DNA of 64,000 nucleotides from an uncultured delta proteobacterium (GCA_963706575.1 CAVPNL010000014.1:64001-128000); one strand, 5' to 3'. Positions 37,771-47,974 are shown, counted from the first letter of the stretch. The notes: generated from the letters alone by a model not told the origin. Made by a program: numbers and translations.

Positions 37771-40434
37771 TTGGAAAACATCGTTTTAACCATTGATGAC
37801 AAAAAGATCACCTGCCCACCCGGAACTTCGATACTGGAGGCTGCTGCGCGAAATAATATCAAAATTCCCCACCTGTGCTATCATCCGGACCTGAAACCCT
37901 TCGGCGCCTGCCGTCTGTGCCTGGTGGAAGATGAAAAAACCGGACGGCTGATGGCCTCCTGCGTAACGCCGGTTGCTCCGGAAATGACCATCCAAACCCA
38001 AACAGCGCGCATCCTGAGCCATCGCCGCAACATTGTGCGCCTGATGATCGCCGAACATCCGGAGTCCTGCATCGTCTGCAGCAAGGGCAACCGCTGTCAG
38101 CTGCGCTGGGTCGCCGCTCAAATGGGCGTTGGCGAAACCGATCTGTATTCGATGCCCAACTACAAACCGTTGGAGCAGGCAAATCCGTTTATTATCCGAG
38201 ATCTGAGCAAATGTATTCTGTGCGGCAAATGCATCCGGGCGGACCATGAACTCGTTGCCGTCGGCGCCATCGATTACAACATGAGAGGCTTTGATTCCCG
38301 CCCGGCGACCGTTCATGAACAGGGACTTGAGAAATCAAACTGCACGTTCTGCGGCACCTGCGTATCCATGTGCCCGACCGGTGCGCTCTCCGCTAAAAAC
38401 AGCCAGTACGTCGGCAGCCCGGAAAAAGAATCATTTTCGATCTGCGGTTTTTGCGGCGTCGGCTGCCGCCTGGCGATGGGTCAGTCAGCCAACAAAATCA
38501 TCGACGTTAACCCTGCGCACCTGGCGGACACCGTCAATAAAGCCACCCTGTGTGTGCGCGGCCATTTCGCCCATGATTTTTTGAATTCAAGCGACCGCTT
38601 AATCGCACCTTTGATGCCCAAAAAAGGAGAAGATGAAAGTATACAGATGGCGCCGGTTCCCTGGGAAGAAGCGCTGGATGTGATCGCCGGTCGTTTGAGC
38701 CAGATTAAAGATGAAAACGGCCCGCAAAGCATCGCCTTTATGGGTTCATCAAAATGCAGCAATGAAGAAAATTATCTATTCCAAAAAATTGCCCGCGTGC
38801 TAATTGGAACCAATAATATCGATAATGGCGGATATGTCTCCGGACAGTTCCTGTCGACATTTTTAGATCAAAAAACCGGCGGAGGATGTCGCCTAACGCC
38901 GCTCAGTGACCTCGAAAAAGCAGATGTCATTCTGATTCTGGGTGCCGATCCCAACCACTCCCTTCCGGTCGTCAGTTACTATCTCAAACGCGCGGCCAAA
39001 CAGGGTACACCGCTGATCGTGGTCGACCCGCGCAAAACAGAATTGGTCAGCTTCGCAGCTGAGTGGTTGCGCATCAAACCCCAAACTGATCTGGAACTGC
39101 TCAATGCCCTGGCCGCGTTACTGCATGAAAAAAATGCCTACGACTCGGAATTCATCGATCGGCATGCCGAGGGATTCAGCATCTTCACTTACGGCCTGTC
39201 TTCGCTCGATGTGGATAAGGTCAGCCGTGTCAGCGGCCTGGCGGTGGAACGCTTGAAGGCAACGGCCGAATTTTTAAAAGGAAAACGAATCGCCTTTGTC
39301 GTCGGCCATGGTATTTTGCAGCAACGCTATGGTATTCACACCATGGGCGCGATTCTCAATCTGTCATTGATGACCGGAAGTCTGGGAACTGAAGGTGCCG
39401 GTATTTATGTCCTTGCCAGAGAAAACAACCAGGGCGGCGCCATGGACATGGGCGCGGTACCGAACCTGCTTCCCGGTCGAATGCCCTTGGATGAGAATGC
39501 GGCCAGAAAAACCTGGGAAAAGAACTGGAAGGTAAAAATTTCGCCGGATCCCGGCCTCAATATGAGGCGCATCATTGAAGCCGCCGAAAACGGTCAGCTT
39601 AAAGCGCTCTATATCATGGGCGAGAATCCACTGCGGTCTTTACCTCAAACTGAACGCGTTAAGGCCGCAATTGAAAAGCTGGAATTTGTGGTGGTGCAGG
39701 ATATTCTCAATAATGAGGTCGTCAAACTGGCGGATGTGGCCTTACCCGGGGCGGCCGCCAGTGAAAAGAGCGGCTCCTTTACCAATATGGAAGGCCGAAT
39801 CCAGCATTTTTCACCGGTTGTGCCCCCGCCCGGTAAGGCAAAGCCCGACTGGAAGATCTTGGATCTGCTGGCCACCCGGCTGGGGGCTCCAGAACCCTAC
39901 GGTACGGTGGAAAAAATCCGTGAAGAGATTTGTCGTCTGGTTCCGCCTTACGCTCAGATGAATGCAAACGGGCAGAGCTGGCTGAACACATCCAGCCCGA
40001 TGGCCGCCTTTCACGATGAAGGCGCCGGCAAAATGATATCCTTTTCGCCGGTGGTTTCAACCGCAGATGAACAAAGCGATGCCGACTATCCCTACCAGGC
40101 GATATTGGGGACTTTGCGATTCCATTTAGGAAGCGGTACCCGTACGATCGCTTCAGGGCGCATTCGCGATTTTGATTTAAACGCTGAGGTGGTCATCTGT
40201 GCAGCGGATGCCGAGCAGCTCAAATTAAAAGATGGTGATACCGTACAGATAGAATCCCGCTGGGGTGCGATCAAAAGAAAACTGGGCTGCAGCAATCGTG
40301 TGGGGCCCGGCCAGCTTTTTGTTCCGCTGGCGGTCAACGCCAATGATGCCATGAACCTCATCGACTTGAGTGACCTGGCCGACCCGAAATCCACCGGCTG
40401 GAAGACCTGTGCGGTCAGATTAAAAAAGGCATAG
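37771..40434 (+). CDS. FdhA/NuoG-like molybdopterin-oxidoreductase-fold Fe-S protein lacking the Cys/Sec ligand
   Basis: [2Fe-2S], HxxxCxxC, 2x[4Fe-4S] and CGFCGVGC motifs; NNIDNGGYVSG in place of NNxDxCARxC/UH. Confidence 0.85.
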   Translation: MENIVLTIDDKKITCPPGTSILEAAARNNIKIPHLCYHPDLKPFGACRLCLVEDEKTGRLMASCVTPVAPEMTIQTQTARILSHRRNIVRLMIAEHPESCIVCSKGNRCQLRWVAAQMGVGETDLYSMPNYKPLEQANPFIIRDLSKCILCGKCIRADHELVAVGAIDYNMRGFDSRPATVHEQGLEKSNCTFCGTCVSMCPTGALSAKNSQYVGSPEKESFSICGFCGVGCRLAMGQSANKIIDVNPAHLADTVNKATLCVRGHFAHDFLNSSDRLIAPLMPKKGEDESIQMAPVPWEEALDVIAGRLSQIKDENGPQSIAFMGSSKCSNEENYLFQKIARVLIGTNNIDNGGYVSGQFLSTFLDQKTGGGCRLTPLSDLEKADVILILGADPNHSLPVVSYYLKRAAKQGTPLIVVDPRKTELVSFAAEWLRIKPQTDLELLNALAALLHEKNAYDSEFIDRHAEGFSIFTYGLSSLDVDKVSRVSGLAVERLKATAEFLKGKRIAFVVGHGILQQRYGIHTMGAILNLSLMTGSLGTEGAGIYVLARENNQGGAMDMGAVPNLLPGRMPLDENAARKTWEKNWKVKISPDPGLNMRRIIEAAENGQLKALYIMGENPLRSLPQTERVKAAIEKLEFVVVQDILNNEVVKLADVALPGAAASEKSGSFTNMEGRIQHFSPVVPPPGKAKPDWKILDLLATRLGAPEPYGTVEKIREEICRLVPPYAQMNANGQSWLNTSSPMAAFHDEGAGKMISFSPVVSTADEQSDADYPYQAILGTLRFHLGSGTRTIASGRIRDFDLNAEVVICAADAEQLKLKDGDTVQIESRWGAIKRKLGCSNRVGPGQLFVPLAVNANDAMNLIDLSDLADPKSTGWKTCAVRLKKA

Positions 40435-40500
40435 CGCATGGCGCATAAAAGATTGTCATCAAATATTCAGCCGTGAACCTTGAACCCTGAACCTTGAACC
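40428..40500. repeat. Partial 7-mer arrays (GCATAGC and TGAACCT)
   Basis: Single arms of two repeat families. Confidence 0.55.
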
Positions 40501-40577
40501 TGTTTGAAATTAGCAACTCGACATATATATGGCTCAAATATTAATTTAACCAAAAACGGATCAATAGGGCACACATC

Positions 40578-41051
40578 ATGAAACCACCGGAGATTGATTG
40601 GGACAAGATCCACGAAATCATTGAAAAACATAAAGGTGACAAATGGGGTTTGATTCCCCTGCTGCAGGAAGTACAGGAGCATACCGGTTATATCCCGCCG
40701 GAAGCGATCGAACCGATCGCCGAGGCCATGAAACTTTTCCCGTCCGAAGTTCAGGGGGTGATCACCTTTTATGCGGGATTTACCCTCAAACCCAAAGGGA
40801 AATACGTTCTGCGGGTCTGCCGCGGCACGGCCTGCCACGTCAAAGGCAGCCGCAGTGTTCTTCGATTGATGCAAAAAGAGCTGGGACTCAAAGAAGGTGA
40901 AACCAGCCCGGACTATCAATTTACACTGGAAACGGTTGCCTGTCTGGGGGCCTGTTTTCTGGCACCCACCATGATGATCAACCGGGATTATTTCGGTAGA
41001 CTTTCCCCGACTAAGGTCACCAGCGTCCTGGGGGAATATCAAAAAAAATGA
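40578..41051 (+). CDS. NuoE/HydC-like [2Fe-2S] subunit
   Basis: VCRGTACHVKG...VACLGAC. Confidence 0.92.
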   Translation: MKPPEIDWDKIHEIIEKHKGDKWGLIPLLQEVQEHTGYIPPEAIEPIAEAMKLFPSEVQGVITFYAGFTLKPKGKYVLRVCRGTACHVKGSRSVLRLMQKELGLKEGETSPDYQFTLETVACLGACFLAPTMMINRDYFGRLSPTKVTSVLGEYQKK

Positions 41052-41119
41052 AGCTTTCCGTCTGCCCCACACGGATCTGAAGCAGGCGGGATATCCGAGC
41101 GAAAGGGAGAGCGTGCAAT

Positions 41120-44100
41120 ATGGAGAAGCTTTCATCCATCGGAAAGCTGGAGTGGCTCCGCAACAAGATATTGTCCCGCAAAAAAGAAGGGGCCGTCGAA
41201 GTCCATGTGTGTATGACCGGCTGCCGGGCATATGGTGCCGCCGGCGTGCTGGAATCTTTAAAAGACGAGGTCAAGAGCCAGAAGCTCTCGAGCCAGGTGG
41301 AAATCCGTGCCACCGGCTGCCACGGTTTTTGTGCCAAGGCACCGGTGATTGCCATTGAGCCCATGGGGGTTCAATACCAGGAAGTGGAACCGGACGATGC
41401 GGCCGAGATCGTCGCTCTGACCTTGAAACGCAGTCAGCTCATCGACCGCCTGGCCTATCGCCAGCCCAAGACCTTTCAGCCTGTATTTTACCGCAACCAG
41501 ATCCCCTTTTATGCCAAACAGGAGCGCCGGGTACTGGCCAACTGCGGCCGTATCGATCCCACCAATATCGAGCACTACATCGCTGCCGGCGGCTATCAGG
41601 CGCTGGTCAAAGCCTTGTCGAAGCTGTCGCCCGAACAGGTGATCGATGAGGTGCAGGCCGCCAAACTCAGGGGTCGCGGCGGCGCCGGATTTCCCACCGG
41701 CCTTAAATGGAAATTTGCCCGCCAGGCCGCCGGTCGGCCCAAATATACCGTCTGCAATGCGGACGAAGGCGATCCCGGCGCATTTATGGATCGCGCCATT
41801 TTAGAAGGCGACCCCCATGCCGTGGTGGAAGGGATGCTGCTGGGCGCCTACGCCATGGGCAGCGAATACGGCTACATCTATGTGCGCGAAGAGTATCCGA
41901 TTGCGATCGATCATCTAACCATCGCCATCGAGCAGGCCAATGAACTGGGGCTTCTGGGTGAAAACATTCTGGGCACCGGATTTAACTTCGATCTCTCGCT
42001 GAGACTGGGCGCCGGCGCGTTTGTGTGCGGTGAGGAAACCGCCCTGATGGCCTCAATCGAAGGCAAGCGCGGCATGCCCCGAGCCCGGCCGCCTTTTCCG
42101 GCGCAAGCCGGCATCGACGCCAAGCCCACCAACATCAATAACGTGGAAACCTGGGCCAATGTGCCCCTGATCATCAAAAACGGATCGGACTGGTACGGCG
42201 AAGTGGGTACCGATGACAGCAAGGGCACCAAAATCTTTTCCCTGGCCGGCAAGGTCAATAACACCGGTCTGGTAGAAGTGCCCATCGGATCAACCGTCAA
42301 AGAGGTCATCTATGATATCGGCGGCGGCATACCCAAGGGCCGGGCATTTAAAGCGGTCCAGATGGGCGGGCCCGCCGGCGGCTGTGTGCCTCCTCAGTTT
42401 TTGAACCTGTCCATCGATTACGACACCGTCCAGCGCATCGGGGCCATCATGGGATCGGGCGGTATGGTGGTCATGGATGAAAACAACTGCATGGTTGAAA
42501 TTGCGCGATTCTTTTTAAGTTTTACCCAGTCAGAATCCTGCGGTAAATGCGCGCCCTGCCGCCTGGGAACGACCCAGCTGCTGGAAATCCTCACGCGCAT
42601 CACCCGCGGCCAGGGCCGCATGGAAGATATCGACACCATCCGCGAGCTGGGGGAGACCATGACCGAAGCGTCCCTGTGCGGCCTGGGCCAGGCCTGCTCC
42701 AAACCGGCCCTTTCCACCATGAAATACTTCCTCAAAGAATACGAGGACCACATCAAGGAACATCGCTGTGCCGGGGCGGTGTGCGATTCGATGGTCATCT
42801 CCGCCTGTCAGCATGCCTGCCCGGCCGGCATCGATGTGCCCAACTATGTGGCCGCCATCGCCGACGGGGATTACGCCAAATCTGTTGAAATCATCCGGGA
42901 ACGCAATCCGTTTCCGGCGGTCTGCGGGCGTATCTGTATCCACCCCTGCGAATACAAATGCCGCCGCGGTGAGCTCGACCAGCCGGTTGCCATTCGGGCC
43001 CTCAAACGCGTGGCTTCAGACTGGTATTTTGAAAATATCGGGCCACAAAGAGAGCCGTTTGCCGTCACCCGCCCTCAAAAAGTAGCCGTGGTCGGCGCCG
43101 GCCCGTCCGGCTTGACCTGCGCCTATTTTCTGGCCCAAATGGGTTATCAGACCACGGTTTTCGAAGCCCAGCCGGTGGCGGGCGGCATGCTCGGCATTGC
43201 CGTACCCGAGTTCAGGCTGCCGCGTGAGGTGATCGAGGAGGAGATCCAGTACATTCAAAACTGCGGGGTTGAAATCCGCTACAATTCACCCATTGACGCC
43301 AAACACACCTTTAGCGACCTGCTCAATGAGGGCTTCAGCGCCGTCTTCATTGCCGCCGGGGCCCAGGCCAGCAAACGAATCGGGATCCCCGGTGAAGAAG
43401 AGGGCCTCGAGGGTCTTTACTACGGCCTTGAATTTTTAACCCAGGTCCGCACAGGTAAAAAGGTGCCTTTAAGCGGCAAAACAGTAATTATCGGCGGCGG
43501 CAACGTGGCCGTGGATGTTGCGCGCACCGCCCTGAGGGCCGGTGCGCACGAAGCGCAAATATTCTGTCTGGAACCCCGTGATGAGATGCCGGCCTGGGAA
43601 CAGGACGTGGACGAGGCCATTGACGAGGGCATCGTTATTAATCCCGACCTGTCGCCCAGTAAAATCACCCACGAAGAGGGACGTGTGACCGGAATTGAAT
43701 TCACACGCTGCATCTGTGTATTTGACGACGAGGGCTGCTTCAACCCTACCTGTGACCTCGACGACACCCGTTTTGTGGATGCCGACAATGTGATTATCTC
43801 CATCGGCCAGGCCGCCGACATGTCTTTTCTGGATGCCGACAGCAAGCTGGAGCGCGAACTCTGGGGCACACTGGTGGTGGACACCAATACGCTGGCCACC
43901 AATGTCCCCGGCGTTTTTGCCGGCGGGGACTTTACCACCGGCCCGACTTTTGTCATCCGCGCCATTGCATCCGGCAGACGTGCCGCCATCGCCATTGACA
44001 AATATCTGGGGGGTGACAAGAGCCGCGTGTATATCCCGGATGAAAAGTCCCCCCGACATGCCGACACCAAACTGGCGCTTGAAAAGGAAAGTACGGAAGA

Positions 44101-44251
44101 TAAACCCCGGGTCGAAGTCGAGTTTGAGGATGCCAAAGAACGCATAAAAGACTTCCGGGAAGTTGAAAAAGGATTTAGCGAAGAGGAAGCATACAACGAA
44201 GCCATCCGCTGCCTCCGATGCGACCTTGAAAAAGAGGAGAATGGGATATGA
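41120..44251 (+). CDS. NuoF/HydB-like FMN-NADH subunit fused to a GltD/NfnB-like FAD oxidoreductase
   Basis: GRGGAGFPTG, NADEGDPGAFMDR, ESCGKC..C; then CQHACPAG, CGRIC..PC, GAGPSG, GGGNVA. Confidence 0.9.
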   Translation: MEKLSSIGKLEWLRNKILSRKKEGAVEVHVCMTGCRAYGAAGVLESLKDEVKSQKLSSQVEIRATGCHGFCAKAPVIAIEPMGVQYQEVEPDDAAEIVALTLKRSQLIDRLAYRQPKTFQPVFYRNQIPFYAKQERRVLANCGRIDPTNIEHYIAAGGYQALVKALSKLSPEQVIDEVQAAKLRGRGGAGFPTGLKWKFARQAAGRPKYTVCNADEGDPGAFMDRAILEGDPHAVVEGMLLGAYAMGSEYGYIYVREEYPIAIDHLTIAIEQANELGLLGENILGTGFNFDLSLRLGAGAFVCGEETALMASIEGKRGMPRARPPFPAQAGIDAKPTNINNVETWANVPLIIKNGSDWYGEVGTDDSKGTKIFSLAGKVNNTGLVEVPIGSTVKEVIYDIGGGIPKGRAFKAVQMGGPAGGCVPPQFLNLSIDYDTVQRIGAIMGSGGMVVMDENNCMVEIARFFLSFTQSESCGKCAPCRLGTTQLLEILTRITRGQGRMEDIDTIRELGETMTEASLCGLGQACSKPALSTMKYFLKEYEDHIKEHRCAGAVCDSMVISACQHACPAGIDVPNYVAAIADGDYAKSVEIIRERNPFPAVCGRICIHPCEYKCRRGELDQPVAIRALKRVASDWYFENIGPQREPFAVTRPQKVAVVGAGPSGLTCAYFLAQMGYQTTVFEAQPVAGGMLGIAVPEFRLPREVIEEEIQYIQNCGVEIRYNSPIDAKHTFSDLLNEGFSAVFIAAGAQASKRIGIPGEEEGLEGLYYGLEFLTQVRTGKKVPLSGKTVIIGGGNVAVDVARTALRAGAHEAQIFCLEPRDEMPAWEQDVDEAIDEGIVINPDLSPSKITHEEGRVTGIEFTRCICVFDDEGCFNPTCDLDDTRFVDADNVIISIGQAADMSFLDADSKLERELWGTLVVDTNTLATNVPGVFAGGDFTTGPTFVIRAIASGRRAAIAIDKYLGGDKSRVYIPDEKSPRHADTKLALEKESTEDKPRVEVEFEDAKERIKDFREVEKGFSEEEAYNEAIRCLRCDLEKEENGI

Positions 44252-44901
44252 TTCGATCCATAACGCAAAAAAAGCCGGAAAAAGAAATTGAGCGCCTTCT
44301 GAAAGGATTCAACCGAATATTCATTATTGGATGCGGAACCTGCGTGACGCTCACCCGCACCGGCGGCGAACCTGAAGTACGCGCCATGAAAAAGGAGCTG
44401 TCAGAAAAAGGCAAAATGGTCACCGGTCAAACGGTGGTTCCGGTCGCCTGCGATAATTTAACCCGCGAATTTCTGAGCGATTTCGGTGAACAGATCGACC
44501 AGGCCGATGCCCTGCTGATCATGACCTGCGCTTTTGGCGTTCAAACCATTGCCCGACAGTTAAAAAAGATGGTGGTCCCAGCCCTGGACACCCTTTTTAT
44601 CGGCAAGGAAACGGCCGTGGGCTTATTTGATGAGATCTGCACCCAGTGCGGCACCTGCATTATCGGTGAAACCGGCGGCATCTGCCCCGTGACAAACTGT
44701 CACAAGGGTCTGGTCAACGGGCCCTGCGGCGGAACCAACCACGGCAAATGCGAAATTGACGTCGACAAAGACTGTGTCTGGACCTTGATTTATAATCGCC
44801 TTCAGGAGCTGGGGCGACTGGATTCCATGCGAACATATCAAAAACCCCGCAATCACCAGGGAGAGCCCAAACCTGGTAAATTCAAGCTTCCTGAAGCTTG
44901 A
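44248..44901 (+). CDS. metV: MTHFR Fe-S subunit MetV (MTHFR C-terminal-domain protein)
   Basis: GCGTC...CTQCGTC...GGICP...CHKGLVNGPCGG...KCE...CVW; adjacent to metF. Confidence 0.88.
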   Translation: MIRSITQKKPEKEIERLLKGFNRIFIIGCGTCVTLTRTGGEPEVRAMKKELSEKGKMVTGQTVVPVACDNLTREFLSDFGEQIDQADALLIMTCAFGVQTIARQLKKMVVPALDTLFIGKETAVGLFDEICTQCGTCIIGETGGICPVTNCHKGLVNGPCGGTNHGKCEIDVDKDCVWTLIYNRLQELGRLDSMRTYQKPRNHQGEPKPGKFKLPEA

Positions 44902-45006
44902 ATTTAGGTAATGGTTATTGGTTATTCGTTAATTGGCAAAAAAAATCGAAGATAAATGAATTTCCGTGGTTTATTGACGGACCTAAAATAGAAGGGAAGT
45001 TTTACG

Positions 45007-45894
45007 ATGCCTACCAAATTCAAAGAGGCCCTTGAATCCGGTAAATTTGTAGTCACCAGCGAGGTGGCACCCCCCAAGGGGACAAACCTTGAAAAATTTG
45101 AACACCACATTGACCTGTTAAAAGATAAGGTCGACGCCATGAATGTCACCGACCACCAGAGCTCGGTGATGCGCTATCCTTCTCTGGGTGGCTGCCTTAA
45201 GGTCAAAGAAGGAGGCGGAGAAGTCATTTTACAGATGACCTGCCGGGACCGCAACCGACTCGCTTTGCAGGCCGACCTTCTTTTTGCATCCTATATGGGC
45301 ATTCAAAACGTATTGTGTTTAACCGGGGACTCGATCATCCTGGGTGATCACAAAGACGCCAAAAGTGTTTTTGACCTGGATTCCAGCCAGCTGCTGGAAA
45401 CCATCCGAACTCTGGAAAACGGCAAAGATCTTGGCGGCAACGATCTGGACGGTGCGGTTTCATTCTGCGCCGGTGCCATCGTAACGCCTGAAGCTGATCC
45501 GCTCGAACCGCAACTGATCAAATTCGAAAAAAAGATCGAGGCCGGCGCCGAATTCATTCAGACCCAGGCCGTTTATGACCTTGATAAGTTCAAGGAGTTT
45601 ATGGATTACGCCCGGCAGTTTAAAACAAAAATCCTGGCGGGTATAATTCTGCTGACATCGGCCCCCATGGCGCGCTTCATGAATAAAAACATCGCCGGGG
45701 TCTTTGTCCCACAGGATTTAATCGATGAAATGGCATCAGCACCTAAAGGCCAGGCCATAACCAAAGGCATCGAAATCGCCGGACGCATGATCAAACGCAT
45801 CCATGAAGAGAAGATGTGCGACGGCGTGCACATCATGGCCATCGGCAAAGAGGAACTGGTGCCGGATATCATGCAGGCCGCCGGCCTAGTTTAA
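45007..45894 (+). CDS. metF: Methylenetetrahydrofolate reductase
   Basis: TSEVAPPKG, TCRDRNR, LTGD, KKIEAGAEFIQTQ and GVHIM motifs. Confidence 0.93.
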   Translation: MPTKFKEALESGKFVVTSEVAPPKGTNLEKFEHHIDLLKDKVDAMNVTDHQSSVMRYPSLGGCLKVKEGGGEVILQMTCRDRNRLALQADLLFASYMGIQNVLCLTGDSIILGDHKDAKSVFDLDSSQLLETIRTLENGKDLGGNDLDGAVSFCAGAIVTPEADPLEPQLIKFEKKIEAGAEFIQTQAVYDLDKFKEFMDYARQFKTKILAGIILLTSAPMARFMNKNIAGVFVPQDLIDEMASAPKGQAITKGIEIAGRMIKRIHEEKMCDGVHIMAIGKEELVPDIMQAAGLV

Positions 45895-45919
45895 ATTGAG
45901 GAGTGGAGCGGTTCTCAAC

Positions 45920-45990
45920 GTCAGGCCCGCGCAGGCGGGCATCCAGTCATGAAATAAACAGTTCTGGATTCCCGCCTGCGCGGGCCTGAC
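45920..45990. repeat. REP-like paired palindromes
   Basis: GTCAGGCCCGCGCAGGCGGGCATCCAG...CTGGATTCCCGCCTGCGCGGGCCTGAC. Confidence 0.8.
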
Positions 45991-46178
45991 AAGCTTGAAA
46001 AGAATAAACTCTCCAACCGCTGAGTTTAAATTAAAAGCACTCTCATGTTGCGCACTTTATCCAGTTGCCTGTTAGCCTATCGGAAAATCTTTCCACCCTA
46101 TAACCTCTTTACACTTCAGCCACTTTTTTGCTATTTAGAGCCAGACCACAAAACCAAAACTCTATTCATGGTGAGAAG

Positions 46179-47156
46179 ATGATTGCAAAAATACAATTCA
46201 GAAATTCGGTTGTCATCGGCTTGCTTATGGTTCTGATAATATTAGCAGGCTTTCCGGCAAGCCTGTTCGCTCAAGATGCCCAATCGGCGAACTCTTTAAA
46301 AGTTGCACTACTGCCCATTTTAGATACCCTGCCCTTCCACGCCGCCCAGGCCAAAGGCTATTTTGACCGCTATGGTGTTTCCGTCACAGGTGTGCCGGTA
46401 GGCAGTGGTCTGGAAAGAGATCAACTCATGCAGGCCGGCGCCATTGACGGCATGCTCAACGAAATGGCCACGACGGCCAATTTCAATCGCGAACGGGTCC
46501 AGGTCCAGATTATTTTATCTGCCCGTAAAGCCTATCCGCATTATCCCCTGTTTCGTATTTTGGCGGCACCCGGCAGCGGCTTAACCTCCCCGAAAGATTT
46601 AAAAGGGATTCCGATCGGCGTCTCTAAAAATACCATCATTGAATACGTAACAGACCGCTTGCTGGCGGCCAATGGGTTGACCCCGAATCAGATTGTAAAA
46701 AAATCCATTCCGGTCATACCAGAGCGATATCAATTACTATTACAGGGCCAGGTAAAAGCCGCCACCCTGCCGGATCCACTGGCCAAAAGCGCCCTTGAAG
46801 CCGGCGCCGGTGTCGTGATCGACGATTCAGCACATCCGCAATACAGTGTCAGCGTTTTGAGCTTCAGCATTCAGGCTTTAGAAAACAAAGCAGATACGGT
46901 TCGACGGTTTATCAAGGCCTGGAATCAAGCAGCGCAGGATATCAACGCCGATCCCGAAGCACATCGCCGCCTTTTGCTTCAAAAAATCCGGGTGCCTAAA
47001 AACATTCAGCAAATTTACCGTATTCCGCCGTTCCCCGTTCGGGAGGTGCCCAGTGTCGAACAATGGGCAGATGTGATGAAATGGATGCTATCAAAAAAGC
47101 TGTTGAAGGCACCACTTCCGTATAAAGAATCCATTACCACCCAATACCTGCCATGA
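46179..47156 (+). CDS. ABC transporter substrate-binding protein, SsuA/NMT1-like
   Basis: Signal peptide; A..KGYF...G and DLKG..IGV patterns; first gene of the ABC operon. Confidence 0.85.
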   Translation: MIAKIQFRNSVVIGLLMVLIILAGFPASLFAQDAQSANSLKVALLPILDTLPFHAAQAKGYFDRYGVSVTGVPVGSGLERDQLMQAGAIDGMLNEMATTANFNRERVQVQIILSARKAYPHYPLFRILAAPGSGLTSPKDLKGIPIGVSKNTIIEYVTDRLLAANGLTPNQIVKKSIPVIPERYQLLLQGQVKAATLPDPLAKSALEAGAGVVIDDSAHPQYSVSVLSFSIQALENKADTVRRFIKAWNQAAQDINADPEAHRRLLLQKIRVPKNIQQIYRIPPFPVREVPSVEQWADVMKWMLSKKLLKAPLPYKESITTQYLP

Positions 47157-47194
47157 GGGCCTGAGGGAGAAATAGGTAAAAAAATTACTATCCG

Positions 47195-47974
47195 ATGATT
47201 TCAATTAACGATCTAACCTTTGCCTACAGCGGGCAACCGCCTTTATTTCAAGATTATTGTTTGCATGTCAACCGTGGTGAGGCACTTTCAATCATCGGTC
47301 CTTCCGGATGCGGCAAAACAACCCTGCTATATTTGCTGGCCGGCTTGCGCCACCCCCAATCCGGCAAGATAATTATCGGCGACAAACCGATTTCCCGCCC
47401 CCGGCCGCGCAGCGGGCTGGTGCTGCAGGATCACGGCTTATTGCCCTGGCAAACGGTAAGAGAAAATGCCCGCCTGGGGCTTACCATCTGGGGATTTTAC
47501 GGATCAGACGGCCGGCACGCCCCGGCAGACGAGAAGCTGGTTCCAAACCAAGCCGATCAACGAGTCGATGACTGGCTCAAAAAACTGGGGATCGAGGGTC
47601 TGAAAAATCAATATCCGCTGCAACTATCCCGCGGGCAGCGCCAACGCACAGCCATCGCGCGCACGCTGGCGATGCGACCGGATTTACTTTTGATGGATGA
47701 GCCTTTTTCAGCCCTGGATGCCCCCACCCGTGAGGATCTGCAAAACTTCATCGTCACGTTACACGATGAATCTGATTTAACCTATATCATCGTCACCCAT
47801 AACATCGAGGTCGCCGTTGTCATGGGCAAAAAAATTTTGGTATTAAAGAAAGGCTGCAATCAAAAGGCTCAAATCATGGACAATGCCTGTGCCGGATTCA
47901 CCGATGGCCGCATGCAGGCTGAGTTTCAAATGCAATGTGAAGATTTGCGCAAACTTCTAGGCTCAATGACATGA
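47195..47974 (+). CDS. ABC transporter ATP-binding protein (SsuB/TauB-like)
   Basis: GPSGCGKT, LLPW.TV, LSRGQRQR and DEPFSALD motifs. Confidence 0.93.
   Translation: MISINDLTFAYSGQPPLFQDYCLHVNRGEALSIIGPSGCGKTTLLYLLAGLRHPQSGKIIIGDKPISRPRPRSGLVLQDHGLLPWQTVRENARLGLTIWGFYGSDGRHAPADEKLVPNQADQRVDDWLKKLGIEGLKNQYPLQLSRGQRQRTAIARTLAMRPDLLLMDEPFSALDAPTREDLQNFIVTLHDESDLTYIIVTHNIEVAVVMGKKILVLKKGCNQKAQIMDNACAGFTDGRMQAEFQMQCEDLRKLLGSMT

Noticed and set aside
37771..40434. Selenocysteine-containing formate dehydrogenase
   Set aside because: The ORF is continuous with no in-frame TGA, and the ligand position is Ser
46028..46060. CIRCE-like sequence (AAGCACTCTCATGTTGCGCACTTT)
   Set aside because: The right arm does not match GAGTGCTAA and the context is not a chaperone gene
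47610..47650. LSRGQ instead of LSGGQ as a sign of an inactive ABC ATPase
   Set aside because: Walker A/B, D-loop and H-switch are intact; one substitution is not enough evidence
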